Source of the DNA: a virus
Length of the DNA stretch: 44,172 bases
Virus genome (UHGV): UHGV-1367777
Direction: 5' to 3' (one strand)
In this document: positions 1 to 10,100 of the stretch, one piece after another
How the letters are laid out: each line of letters begins with the position of its first letter
Numbering within the stretch: the stretch's first letter is position 1
The notes under the pieces: model-generated
Database searches by the model: none
What the model was told of the DNA's origin: nothing
What the model saw: only the letters and a program-made list of their open reading frames with translations
Made by a program: the position numbers and the translations under genes

Positions 1-24
1 CGGCCTTATTTCGAGGATTAGACC

Positions 25-243
25 ATGAGCAAACCACATTATCGACTCGTCAAACTGCGCGACTGCCCCGACGGTGCGCGCGTGTTCTATATTACCAAAG
101 CATTCCGACGTGTTTACCTTGTCACTGTTATCACTCAATCAGCGCGAAAAGGCGTATCCTGGCTGCATTTCGGGCACCAATTCGACATTAACGCGGCCCG
201 TACTACCTGGGACCATAACACTCGCGTATGGATGCCCGTATGA
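25..243 (+). CDS. hypothetical protein (72 aa)
   Basis: ORF with a GAGG RBS about 8 nt upstream of the ATG. Its 3' end overlaps the helicase start, suggesting translational coupling. No recognisable motif. Confidence 0.4.
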   Translation: MSKPHYRLVKLRDCPDGARVFYITKAFRRVYLVTVITQSARKGVSWLHFGHQFDINAARTTWDHNTRVWMPV

Positions 244-1658
244 AATTCAGACGCCGAGAGTATCAGAAGCTGATCACCGCCTTCGCGCTGAAGCATGCGC
301 GGTGCAATATATGGGCCACCATGGGTTCAGGCAAGACCGGGTCCATGTTGTGGGTTGTGAACAAGCTATTCCAGATGGGCGAGTTAGTGGACGGCGTTGA
401 CCGCGTCATAGTGCTGGCCCCGCTGCGCGTCGCATCCGGCACCTGGCCGCAAGAACAGGAACAATGGCAGTTCTCATGCCTGCGCGTCGTCGACGGCACC
501 GGGGCCGAAAAGCAACGCATCGCCGCGCTGAACTCAAACGCTAACGTAATCTGCATGAACTATGACGTCATCGAATGGCTGATCGACTACTACGGCGACG
601 CCTGGCCGTTCACGATGGTCATTGCCGATGAGTCGACGAAGCTGAAGGGCTACCGCTCGCGCCAGGGTAGTAAACGCGCCCGTGCGCTCGCTGCGATCGC
701 GTTCAAAGGCGTTAAGCGCTGGGTAAACCTGACAGGTACGCCAGCACCGAACGGCCTGAAGGACTTGTGGGGCCAAACATGGTTCATCGACGCGGGCGAA
801 CGCCTCGGCACCTCATATAAGGCGTTCACCGATCGCTGGTTTATCAGTAAACCCGTCACCCAGGGCAGTTACACGATGACGCATGCCCCGCTGAAGAACG
901 CCGAGAAGCAGATCCACGCTAAACTGGCCGACTGCTCATTGACGGTCGACGCGGCGGAGTATTTCGGCGTGGATAAGACGAACTACATCACGGTCTCTGT
1001 CACCCTGCCGCCGAAAGCCCGGCGTCTGTATGACGAATTCGAGTCCGAACTGTTTGCCGAACTGGAAGAAGGCACTATCGAAGCCGCAAACGCCGCCACT
1101 AAAACGATAAAATGCCTCCAGCTTGCATCGGGTGCCGTGTATAAGGTCGACGACGACGGCGACCGTACAGGCGAGTGGGCGCAAATCCACAATGCGAAGC
1201 TGGACGCGCTGGAATCGATCGTGGAAGACCTGAACGGCGCGCCGCTGCTGGTTGCGTATCAGTATAAGCACGACCTGGCGCGCCTTAAGAAGAAATTCCC
1301 CCAGGGCCGGGAAATGGGTAAGGGGAAGAAGGGCGTTGCCGACATGAAAGCATGGAACGCGGGCGAAATCCCGATCATGTTCGCACACCCGGCATCAGCA
1401 GGACACGGTCTTAACCTTCAGGACGGCGGCCACCATCTGGCGTTCTTCAGCGACACATGGAACTTTGAACATTTTGCCCAGATAGTCGAACGTATCGGCC
1501 CGGTACGTCAACACCAGGCAGGACACCCGCGCCCGGTATTCGTCTATCTGATCCAGGCGAAAGACACCTTAGACGAACTGGTAGCCTCGCGCCGCGACGG
1601 TAAACGCGACATCCAGGACGAATTGATGGACTACATGAAAAGGAAGAAGCGCAAATGA
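228..1658 (+). CDS. SNF2/DEAD-like superfamily 2 DNA helicase
   Basis: Walker A MGSGKTGS and DEAD-box-like VIADESTKLKG (DExx) are present, and the C-terminal helicase domain is present. This is the typical phage SNF2 helicase that pairs with VRR-NUC. The stop overlaps the next start (ATGA). Confidence 0.8.
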   Translation: MDARMKFRRREYQKLITAFALKHARCNIWATMGSGKTGSMLWVVNKLFQMGELVDGVDRVIVLAPLRVASGTWPQEQEQWQFSCLRVVDGTGAEKQRIAALNSNANVICMNYDVIEWLIDYYGDAWPFTMVIADESTKLKGYRSRQGSKRARALAAIAFKGVKRWVNLTGTPAPNGLKDLWGQTWFIDAGERLGTSYKAFTDRWFISKPVTQGSYTMTHAPLKNAEKQIHAKLADCSLTVDAAEYFGVDKTNYITVSVTLPPKARRLYDEFESELFAELEEGTIEAANAATKTIKCLQLASGAVYKVDDDGDRTGEWAQIHNAKLDALESIVEDLNGAPLLVAYQYKHDLARLKKKFPQGREMGKGKKGVADMKAWNAGEIPIMFAHPASAGHGLNLQDGGHHLAFFSDTWNFEHFAQIVERIGPVRQHQAGHPRPVFVYLIQAKDTLDELVASRRDGKRDIQDELMDYMKRKKRK

Positions 1659-2350
1659 TTATCTGGTCGCTGTTTGACGGTTCTGGCCTCATGGTCGAAA
1701 AAGCGGCGGAGGCGGGGCATAAATGTATCTGCTTCAACTACGACGGGGCTGATCACGGCGGATACCAGGCGCACCGTCTTACCACCCGTGGAGTACGCTA
1801 TAAGAACGTGTTTATCGACATGGGCTTCGTAGACCGCGCGCTGGATGGCGAATACGGCATTCCTGACCTGATCTACGCGTTCCCTCCATGCACGGATTTA
1901 GCGTCATCCGGCAGCAGGCATTTCGCGAGCAAACTGGCGAAGGACCCACTTTGTCAGATTAAAGCCGCACAGACCGCGAAGATAGCCGCGTACCTCGGGG
2001 AGTGGTTTGGGGTGCCGTATATGATCGAAAATCCGCGCGGGAGGTTGTCCACCCTGTGGCGCAAGCCGGATCACCGCTTCGACCCATTCGAATACGGCCG
2101 CTACCTGCCGCGTGACGATGTTCACCCGCAATTCCCGGAGTACATCCGGGCGCGGGACGCGTACCCAAAGGAGACCTATCTTTGGACCGGAAACGGGTTT
2201 ATTATGCCCGCAAAACGCCCAGTCCGTGTTCAGGATGGTTTTTCAGATCAGTATAAAAAACTCGGCGGCAAGACCGCCCGCACCAAATTAATAAGGTCAC
2301 TAACCCCGCGCGGATTCGCTGCCGCCGTTAACATGGAAAACGCAAAATGA
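1655..2350 (+). CDS. short DNA (cytosine-5) methyltransferase-like protein (231 aa)
   Basis: Motif I-like SLFDGSGL, a PC motif FPPCTDLASSGS (catalytic Cys context) and ENV-like MIENPRG are present. At 231 aa it is too short for a canonical m5C MTase, so it may be catalytic-domain-only or divergent. Confidence 0.45.
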   Translation: MIIWSLFDGSGLMVEKAAEAGHKCICFNYDGADHGGYQAHRLTTRGVRYKNVFIDMGFVDRALDGEYGIPDLIYAFPPCTDLASSGSRHFASKLAKDPLCQIKAAQTAKIAAYLGEWFGVPYMIENPRGRLSTLWRKPDHRFDPFEYGRYLPRDDVHPQFPEYIRARDAYPKETYLWTGNGFIMPAKRPVRVQDGFSDQYKKLGGKTARTKLIRSLTPRGFAAAVNMENAK

Positions 2351-2676
2351 GAAAGAACGCAACAATCACCCCGGTAGACTTCTCTGTGGCCTACCTGAAA
2401 GCGCACTTCACCTACAACGCGCACACGGGCGAGATCCGCGAGCAGGGGACCGGGTCGCGCATCGGTTCGCCTAACTCCCAGGACGGCGGTACGCGCATCC
2501 CGCACAACGGGAAGGACATGTCCGGCGCGCGGGTGGCGTGGATTCTGGCGACGGGCAAGAACATCCCGGTTGGGTTCGCCATAACCCTGCGCGAGCGCAC
2601 GCCAGGACACTACGGCAACCGAATGAATAACCTCCAGCCTGTCGACATTGTAGCGAATCCGAATATTTTCGAATAA
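2347..2676 (+). CDS. HNH homing endonuclease-like protein
   Basis: The C-terminal HYGNRMNNLQPVDIVAN matches the HNH_3-type H-x-x-N-R-x-N-N-L signature. The start overlaps the upstream stop. Confidence 0.55.
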   Translation: MRKNATITPVDFSVAYLKAHFTYNAHTGEIREQGTGSRIGSPNSQDGGTRIPHNGKDMSGARVAWILATGKNIPVGFAITLRERTPGHYGNRMNNLQPVDIVANPNIFE

Positions 2677-2716
2677 ATTGGTTGCATTCTAAGATTGGTT
2701 GCGGTAACTTTAAGGC
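2676..2716 (+). promoter_or_regulatory. promoter TTGCAT-N17-TAACTT formed by two ATTGGTTGC copies 17 bp apart
   Basis: Motif copies at about 2678 and 2695. Followed by the 5'UTR hairpin AAGGCG-N13-CGCCTT. Confidence 0.45.
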
Positions 2717-2753
2717 GTTCCATAGTGGAGCGCCTTAATTTTAGGAGTGAAGA

Positions 2754-3206
2754 ATGAAAGCGTTAGCTGAAGAAAAATTATATTGGCAAAACGAAGCGTT
2801 CAAGGCCCGTGATCTGGTGGAGAAACACGCCGCCGCTACCCGAAACGCGCGTGACGAAATCGGCGTTAAAGTTGCCACCATTCAGCGCGACCAAGTGCGC
2901 CTTAACCACGCCACCGACCTGATTAAAACCCTGGCGCGTATGGCTGGCGTTGATCTGCCCGCGATGAACTTAACAACAATAGGTCCTGAATATCTGGCTG
3001 ATATAGCAGATATCGTGACGCGCGAAGAGAAAGAGCGCAGCCACCGCGCGGCCCCACCAGATCACGAATACTTCCACGTGGCATGGTACGGCAACGGCGG
3101 CCCGTATATGGACGCGCGCAAGCTGACACGGGAAGACGCGGTGAAAAACCGGGCGATATTCAAGCCGGGCGGCAAAGTCAAACTGTATGCGCGGGTGCCT
3201 AAGTGA
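2754..3206 (+). CDS. hypothetical protein (150 aa)
   Basis: An AGGAG RBS is present. It is the first gene after the promoter motif pair and the 5'UTR hairpin. Confidence 0.5.
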   Translation: MKALAEEKLYWQNEAFKARDLVEKHAAATRNARDEIGVKVATIQRDQVRLNHATDLIKTLARMAGVDLPAMNLTTIGPEYLADIADIVTREEKERSHRAAPPDHEYFHVAWYGNGGPYMDARKLTREDAVKNRAIFKPGGKVKLYARVPK

Positions 3207-3694
3207 ATAAGGCAGACCAGAAAGATAGCTGGCAGTCACCGCCTGAGATATTCCTGCCGCTACACCATAAGTTTGATTTCAAGTTTGATATGGCGGCGAG
3301 CGATACCAACCACCTGCTGCCGTTGTACTACACGAAAGAGAATAGCGCGCTGGACGCGCGCTGGTCCAAGCTGAACGGGTGGAAGTGGTGTAACCCGCCG
3401 TATTCCGATCCAATGCCGTGGGTGCAGGCGGCGGCGCGTGGCCGCCGTACGGTGATGTTATTGAACCAGGACACGTCCACTAAGTGGGCGCGCCGGGCCA
3501 GGAAAAAGGCCAACCTGATAATCCTGCTGGATTGGCGGGTTAAGTTCATCCATGCCGTAACAGGCAAACGCGGGCCGAGCAATAACAAGTGCCAGCAGAT
3601 CCTAATCTTCGACGAGAAGCCGCCTAAAGGAAAGGCGGACGTCGTCATCATGAGTCTTAAGGAGTTTTATGCGTATTGCAATTATAGCGGGTAA
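3203..3694 (+). CDS. dam: phage Dam-type DNA N6-adenine methyltransferase (small T1/phage Dam family)
   Basis: A WCNPPYSD (NPPY) catalytic motif and an N-terminal SWQSPPEIF...DMAAS region typical of the small phage Dam family are present. The start is GTG, overlapping the upstream TGA. Confidence 0.65.
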   Translation: MNKADQKDSWQSPPEIFLPLHHKFDFKFDMAASDTNHLLPLYYTKENSALDARWSKLNGWKWCNPPYSDPMPWVQAAARGRRTVMLLNQDTSTKWARRARKKANLIILLDWRVKFIHAVTGKRGPSNNKCQQILIFDEKPPKGKADVVIMSLKEFYAYCNYSG

Positions 3695-3899
3695 CTATGC
3701 CACGGCCGCTGAGCTTAAAGAAAAGTACGGCCTGGACAGAAGCCGCGATGACGTGCGGGTGTTTACCCAGCGCGAAATGATGATGGGGATGGACTTTAGC
3801 GGGTGGCTGGTCGTCACCTCCGATTTTGCCACCCTTGTACCCGTCCACGGCAACCTGGGCCGTGAACTTCGTTATCAAATTCTGGAGTCCTACCTGTGA
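3669..3899 (+). CDS. hypothetical protein (76 aa)
   Basis: Strong AAGGAG RBS. The ORF overlaps the 3' end of dam. Confidence 0.45.
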   Translation: MRIAIIAGNYATAAELKEKYGLDRSRDDVRVFTQREMMMGMDFSGWLVVTSDFATLVPVHGNLGRELRYQILESYL

Positions 3900-4372
3900 A
3901 ATTATTAATTTGTGATCTGGACGGCGTTGTGAATGCCGTATCCGACGTGCGCGCCCACCTGGTGCCGATCTACGTCGATAAATCGCATTACTGGTCTGAG
4001 TGGCACAAGGCGCACGAATACGAACCAATCAACCCGGCGGTGCGAAGCATGTTGCAGGCTTACGTCTCCCTGGGCTTCGAGATCTGCTATATGTCATCCC
4101 GGCAGAATACGTGTTCTGAATCCACGTCGCGCCAGTTAGTGGGTAACGGGTTCCCTAATGGGTCATTAGCATTGCGCCGCCCGCAGGATAACACCCCTCC
4201 CGTCGAAATGAAGGCGGACACCCTGGGCGCGCTGCTGTGCTATTCGAAGGTCGAGCAGTTGGTAATTTTCGACGACGACAAAAACAACCTGGACGCGATG
4301 GTGGCGGAGGCCGCGAAATTCGGAGTCCCCTGCATCCCGATCCACATTTCCAAATTTATTGGTTGCAATTAA
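3896..4372 (+). CDS. HAD-superfamily phosphatase-like protein
   Basis: HAD motif I LICDLDGV, a motif II Ser/Thr (YMSSR), motif III K (KADT) and motif IV FDDDKNN are all present. Confidence 0.6.
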   Translation: MKLLICDLDGVVNAVSDVRAHLVPIYVDKSHYWSEWHKAHEYEPINPAVRSMLQAYVSLGFEICYMSSRQNTCSESTSRQLVGNGFPNGSLALRRPQDNTPPVEMKADTLGALLCYSKVEQLVIFDDDKNNLDAMVAEAAKFGVPCIPIHISKFIGCN

Positions 4373-4392
4373 AAGTTGGTTGCATTATCTTA
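4357..4392 (+). promoter_or_regulatory. promoter TTGCAA-N17-TATCTT formed by two ATTGGTTGC copies 17 bp apart
   Basis: Motif copies at about 4359 and 4376. Followed by the 5'UTR hairpin CGGGGCGGattggCCGCCCCG (4400-4420). Confidence 0.5.
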
Positions 4393-4437
4393 ATCTCAAC
4401 GGGGCGGATTGGCCGCCCCGCAATTGAGGAATTCACT

Positions 4438-4506
4438 ATGCCGTACTGGTTAGCCATTCTGATAACAACCGTTGCCGTTCTCGGCACCTCTTATGTAGGG
4501 TATTAA
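4438..4506 (+). CDS. small hydrophobic peptide (22 aa, MPYWLAILITTVAVLGTSYVGY)
   Basis: GAGGAA RBS. Its stop is 1 nt before the ATG of the next gene, suggesting translational coupling. A single TM-like segment is predicted. Confidence 0.35.
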   Translation: MPYWLAILITTVAVLGTSYVGY

Positions 4507-4507
4507 T

Positions 4508-5025
4508 ATGAAAGCACACGAATTAGCACAACAAGCCGCCGACATCCTGAAACAACGCGGCATCGAAAACGGGTACGACGCGGGTGAAGAGCGCAGCGCG
4601 GCGAAAATCGCCACGGTGTTCAACGCCATTACCGGGCATAACCTCACTGAACAAGATGCGTGGATGTTCCTGATCTGCCTGAAGCTGGTGCGCCAGCAAC
4701 GAAGCCTCGGCGTAGACCACCTGCTGGATCTGTCAAACTATGCGCTTCTGCTGGCGGAGTCCCACGGCAACCAGGACGGCGCGAAGGTCACAGGTGGCGC
4801 ATACACGGTTACAATGGGCGTTGGTGCCGGGAAATCGCCGACGATCAATGATGCCGTCCTTCGTGGCACGATCACCTGCAACAATAGCGCCCCCGTTTCG
4901 CACCAGACCATGCTGGACCTCGGATATGAACTGAAGCCTACAATCAACGACGAGCTTCTTTCCGAAGTCGTGAAGGACGCGATCCGCCGTATGTGCCGTC
5001 CCGGTGGCGAATTGTGGGGCCGCAA

Positions 5026-5029
<4 letters not shown>
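4508..5029 (+). CDS. hypothetical protein
   Basis: 173 aa. The N-terminal ~90 aa (AADILKQRG..YDAGEE...LICLKLVRQ...DLSNYALLLAE) resembles the N-terminal helical domain of phage nucleotide pyrophosphohydrolase-like proteins, but this is a weak call. Confidence 0.45.
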
Positions 5030-5660
<631 letters not shown>

Positions 5661-5706
5661 ACTGCTCTTCCGGTTTATATGCCGGAGTTCGTCCACCAGA
5701 AGATTT

Positions 5707-6819
5707 TTATAACTCCCTCAATTTACCTTCAAGCGATTCAACTTTTTTTGACAGAGCCTGAATAGCAAGCAAGGCGTCAAGAAGCAGGGCGTTATTGTCC
5801 AGGCTGTAACGCTCAGTGTCTTCTTGTGTATCAGGATTTCTGTCGAGGTTCAGATGAACGTACTGCGGGTCGATCTCCATTATTTCCTGGGCTATCACGC
5901 CACGACGTACAGCCCTTTTTTTGTCAGCTTTAAATACAAAACTTACAGGCCGCATACGGTTGATATTATCCAGGGAAACTATCGGGTCAATGTCTTCCAC
6001 ATCATCTTTGAAATTAATGTCAGAAGTCCCTGTTAATGCCAGGGTACCACCGGACTGCGGGAACATAACACCAAACGAATAGGCCCCACCAACATATTTG
6101 TAATAGTACAAATCATTACTGTTGATATACGCGAGACGACAGCGGACGGTACCCCCAGCCGAGTAGATTTCCATCTGACCATAACCGTCTCCGTTGGAGA
6201 TAAGCCTCAACTGAGACGAATAATTACCTCCCCCTACTAATAACCTTTGGCTGAAAGTAACGCCATCCGCATCAAGTAAAGGAACCACGTTTCCTGTAAC
6301 GCCAGTATCCTTCGTTGCTGATGTTCCCAAACCGAGGTTTGTGCGAGCGTCAGCGGCATTCGTTGCCCCGGTCCCGCCCTGGTTGACAGGAACAGCTCCG
6401 TTCGTTTTTAGGGCAGCGGTATTAGCCAGGTATCCCCACGAAGGCCCGGTGAACGTCTGACCATTCGGCAGCGTCACAGTTACGCTCTGTGAGTTGCTGT
6501 AGATGCTTCGCCAGTTGGTCGAGTCGGCGATCAGCATGCGCATTGCTTTTTGTGCCTGGGTGGTCACTCCCATGGTCGCAAGGGCCATCGACCCGACCGG
6601 GACCCCATCCCAGGCCAGGCCGGATGCCGTAGGGCCGTCGAAAGGCGCTGATAGAACGGCCGCCGTGTTACTCGTCACGGACTCCACCGCCAGCGTATAT
6701 GGCACCTGTCCGATTGTGACCACGACAAAGGCCCCGGCGGTTAACTCCGTGGTGAATGTGGTACCGGACCCGGTGAAGTTTTTACTGTTATTAGTTAGTG
6801 AAATAGTACCTGCCGACAT
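5707..6819 (-). CDS. side tail fiber protein with C-terminal intramolecular chaperone (S74-like autoproteolytic) domain
   Basis: Gly/Thr/Ser-rich fiber sequence with a GATNAADARTNLGLG motif. The C-terminal TSDINFKDDVEDIDP...coiled coil resembles the intramolecular chaperone domain of T5 pb1 and K1F endosialidase. Start set at MSAGT, which has an AGAGGTG RBS. Confidence 0.6.
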   Translation of the reverse strand: MSAGTISLTNNSKNFTGSGTTFTTELTAGAFVVVTIGQVPYTLAVESVTSNTAAVLSAPFDGPTASGLAWDGVPVGSMALATMGVTTQAQKAMRMLIADSTNWRSIYSNSQSVTVTLPNGQTFTGPSWGYLANTAALKTNGAVPVNQGGTGATNAADARTNLGLGTSATKDTGVTGNVVPLLDADGVTFSQRLLVGGGNYSSQLRLISNGDGYGQMEIYSAGGTVRCRLAYINSNDLYYYKYVGGAYSFGVMFPQSGGTLALTGTSDINFKDDVEDIDPIVSLDNINRMRPVSFVFKADKKRAVRRGVIAQEIMEIDPQYVHLNLDRNPDTQEDTERYSLDNNALLLDALLAIQALSKKVESLEGKLREL

Positions 6820-6829
6820 TCGGACACCT

Positions 6830-6865
6830 CTTAGTTGCAAAGATTAATTGGTTGCGCTATTGTTA
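6830..6865 (+). promoter_or_regulatory. promoter-like TTGCAA-N18-TATTGT with TTAGTTGC/ATTGGTTGC pair upstream of cor
   Basis: Motif copies 17 bp apart. Confidence 0.4.
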
Positions 6866-6900
6866 CTGCGCGAATTGGTCTCATTGAGAAGGATGATAGC

Positions 6901-7146
6901 ATGAAAAGTTTAAAAGTCGCGATCGTGGGTGTTGCCGTTGGTCTTGCCCTGGCGGGTTGTACTGTGCGTGATGGCCTGCCGGGTATCGCTAAACCTGTTG
7001 TAGACCCAGCGCCTATCGAATGGGACGGCGAAGGCCATCTGGTGCGTGATACCGAAAAGCTACCGATGACGGGGGATTGGTGCCAGCATTATGACCACAA
7101 AGACCGTCGCTGGGGTAGTCCGTCAAACTGCGTAGCAGACTATTAA
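6901..7146 (+). CDS. cor: Cor-like superinfection-exclusion outer-membrane lipoprotein (moron)
   Basis: MKSLKVAIVGVAVGLALAGC is a lipoprotein signal peptide with a lipobox. The ~81 aa gene sits on the opposite strand between the tail fiber and J genes, flanked by palindromic terminators. The identification as Cor rests on position, size and lipoprotein signal, by analogy to the cor genes of phi80, T1 and N15. Confidence 0.5.
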   Translation: MKSLKVAIVGVAVGLALAGCTVRDGLPGIAKPVVDPAPIEWDGEGHLVRDTEKLPMTGDWCQHYDHKDRRWGSPSNCVADY

Positions 7147-7147
7147 T

Positions 7148-7175
7148 AAAGGGGCCAATTGGCCCCTTTCCTTTT
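7148..7175. terminator. bidirectional terminator with perfect palindrome GGGGCCAATTGGCCCC
   Basis: A-run then a 16-bp palindrome then a T-run. It serves cor (+) and J (-). Confidence 0.65.
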
Positions 7176-10100
7176 ATGCGAATGACCCTGTACCGCGAGC
7201 GATTGTAACCGTTGGTGCTAAAATCTGCTTATTCACCGTGTTCGCCGATATTGCCGTAAAAGTAACGGGAACCTGCCGTGATGTCACATTTCGCACCGCA
7301 TGGCGGAATACGAACCAGTTTCCCTGCGTACCGCTCCGCAGAGCTACGTTAGAAAACGTTTTAGTATTACCGCCAATATTAATAGTGACATCCATAATGG
7401 TGTCGCTGTTTGCGGAAGCATAGAAAACAGCTTCGGCCAAAACTGCTTTATTCAAATTCCCTGTGGACGAATCGGTATAGGTTACGGTTCGCGCCGCGTT
7501 CGTGCCCCCCGAGGCCGTCGCATCCGCCCCGATACCAACGTTGGCCACGTCTCCCACGAAACTGGTAGCCTCAACCGTCCCGGTAAAGCTGCCGGATGTG
7601 GCGTTGATCGATCCGGTGAATGACCCGGTGTTCGCGTACACCGCGCCGCGCACGACCACGTTATTAAACTCGGCGTTACCGGACTTCGGAAGGTTCCACC
7701 CGGTAGACCCGGATACGAAGTTGTTAGAGCGCAACGTGTCGCTGATCTGCGCGAAGCTGATCGAGGCGTTGTTGATGCGTGCCGTGTCAATGTATACGGC
7801 ACCGCCAGACACGATGAACGCGGATACCAGCGTCCCGTTGCTCGGGTGCATGATATAGAACTGGTCCGCTTTAAACGCGATGCGGGAGATAACGCCCGAC
7901 CCGTTGGCGATGGTGGAAAGCACCATGCCCGCGTCGTAATACGTGCCGTTGTACGTCACGCCCGCCTTAAGCGAGTAAATTGCCGACCCGGACGTTGCCG
8001 TGAACTGGGACGTCATTTTCTGCTCAATGGCTGCGGATTGCTGCCCAAACTCGGCAGCTACCTGCACTTTGTAATCCGCCAGCGCCTGGGTTTGGGTCGC
8101 GATAGCCTGCTGGTTTGTCGCGATAGCCGCTTCGTTCTGCGCTATAGCGTTGCCGTTCTTATCAACCTGGCCTTCAACCGTGCCGAATCGTGCAGCAACA
8201 CTGGTCTGGTATTCCGCGAACGCCTGATCCTGGGTTGCGTTGGCTGTTTGCAGAGTGTAAATCGCGGATTGCTGTTCGTCATATTGTGTGGCCACTAAGG
8301 TTTCAAGCTGGGCCAGCGCCTGGGTCTGGTCCGCAATCAGGTTGTAGTTGACCTGAATGTCCGCATAGATATTGCCGAACTCAGCGCGCTCGCTAAGAAT
8401 ACTCTGATGGTCCCCCAACATGGATTCGTAAATCCCTTCCGGCGTCGTGTTGATTTTTTCCAGCAACACCTTGCCGTCTTCCGCCGATAGGAAACTTTCA
8501 TCCAACCCCTTCATGTAGTCATTGACGTTATCGCTGACCTGGCCCTGCACGACGTTAGACCAGCCTGACAGATTCCCGGACTTATCGGCAACACGGGCGC
8601 GGGCGTTCAGGTAGATCCCGAACTCAAGAGACGTTTGCGCGTAGTCATCCGCCGGGTAGGGGGCGTTAGTAACGAATGCCCAGGTAGATTGCCCTGGCAC
8701 CTGAACCTGCAATTCGGTGTAAGAAATATCCGAAGCGGAGTTATTCAGGTCCCACTGCCACTTAATCTGGTGAAGACCAGATTCTGCCGCCAGCATGACC
8801 GGGGCGTTGAGCGCACCAATACGGCCTGACACGGAAGTAATGGCCGATGACACCCAAGGCGACGACGTCTCCCCCATACCGATGGCGCGTACGCGGGCCT
8901 GGTAGTTACCTTCAAACACGTTTTCAACGCGAGCGCCGTTTGATGCGGTGCGCGGTAGGTTTACCCAATCGTTACCCCAGGATACGCTCGTGTCCTGCAA
9001 GCTGGTTCGCCGCCACTGGATTTCGTAAACCATCGCGTTAGGTACTGGAGGGAACACGATATCAACGTTGGTGATCAGCACACCCTGGCTACTAACCTGT
9101 GACGGGGTCAGGGTGACACTGGCCGGGCCTTTCAGTGTGCTGTCCGGGACCTGGGTGTAAATCCCGGTATCCAGGCGCGATCCCCTATCAACGGCATCAT
9201 ATTTGGATTCGTTGTACTCCACGCCGCGTACGGTGAACGTGTTGTTCGCGTCGTCATACTGAAGATCCGTAATGCGGTACTGCTGAACCTGGATGTCGTC
9301 GCCGTCAACCACGAACGGCTGGTTCGGGATCGGGTCTGCGCTCAGTGCCGAGTCGAGCGTAACCGACGTGCCGGACACGGAAACGATGTCGCGTGTTTCC
9401 ATTTGCCCGCCTGCCGTGCGCACGATGAATCGATCACCAGGGCGGAAGGTGATTTCCTGGTCCGTAATAACCACGTTACGGTTGCCGGGTGGGTCCATGA
9501 GTCGGCCGCCACGAATCTCGGCACCGCCGGAAATGTTCACGTCCGCGATCGCCACCACCGACCCAGGGATATAGAACAGCCCTTCCAGGCCAACCTGGAA
9601 TGACACCTGTGAATCGAGTTGGTTCGTGATTAACGCCCAATGCCCACGACGCTGCGCTTCACTTTGGCGGGTACACCCAATAGCCGAGAGGGAAAGCTGA
9701 TTAATCTTGTAGCGGCGCACCAGTTCAGCCCGCATGCCGTTTGCGATCGCGTCGGCGTAGTGGTTGGCCGGGTCTCCGTACGCCACCGAGAACGTGGAGT
9801 ATCGAGTTTTCTGGCTACCCGTGGCGTAGTCGAATCGGCCTTCGATAACGTTGGCGTTATTCAGTACGTGCGCCGCTGATGTCACTGGCTGGTCACTAAT
9901 GAGGTTCAGCATCTGATTACCCCACCACGACATTCCCGCGAAGATCGAAGCCAGGTCCTTAAGTACGGTCCAGGCGTCGGTCTGTGCCTGAATGTACATG
10001 TCATTCTTGAAGCGGATTTCCTGGCCGCCGTTGCCGTCCGGGACTAACTGGTCGCAACGCTGCGCAATCTGGTAAATCGCGTAACGGTTCAGCATTTCAG

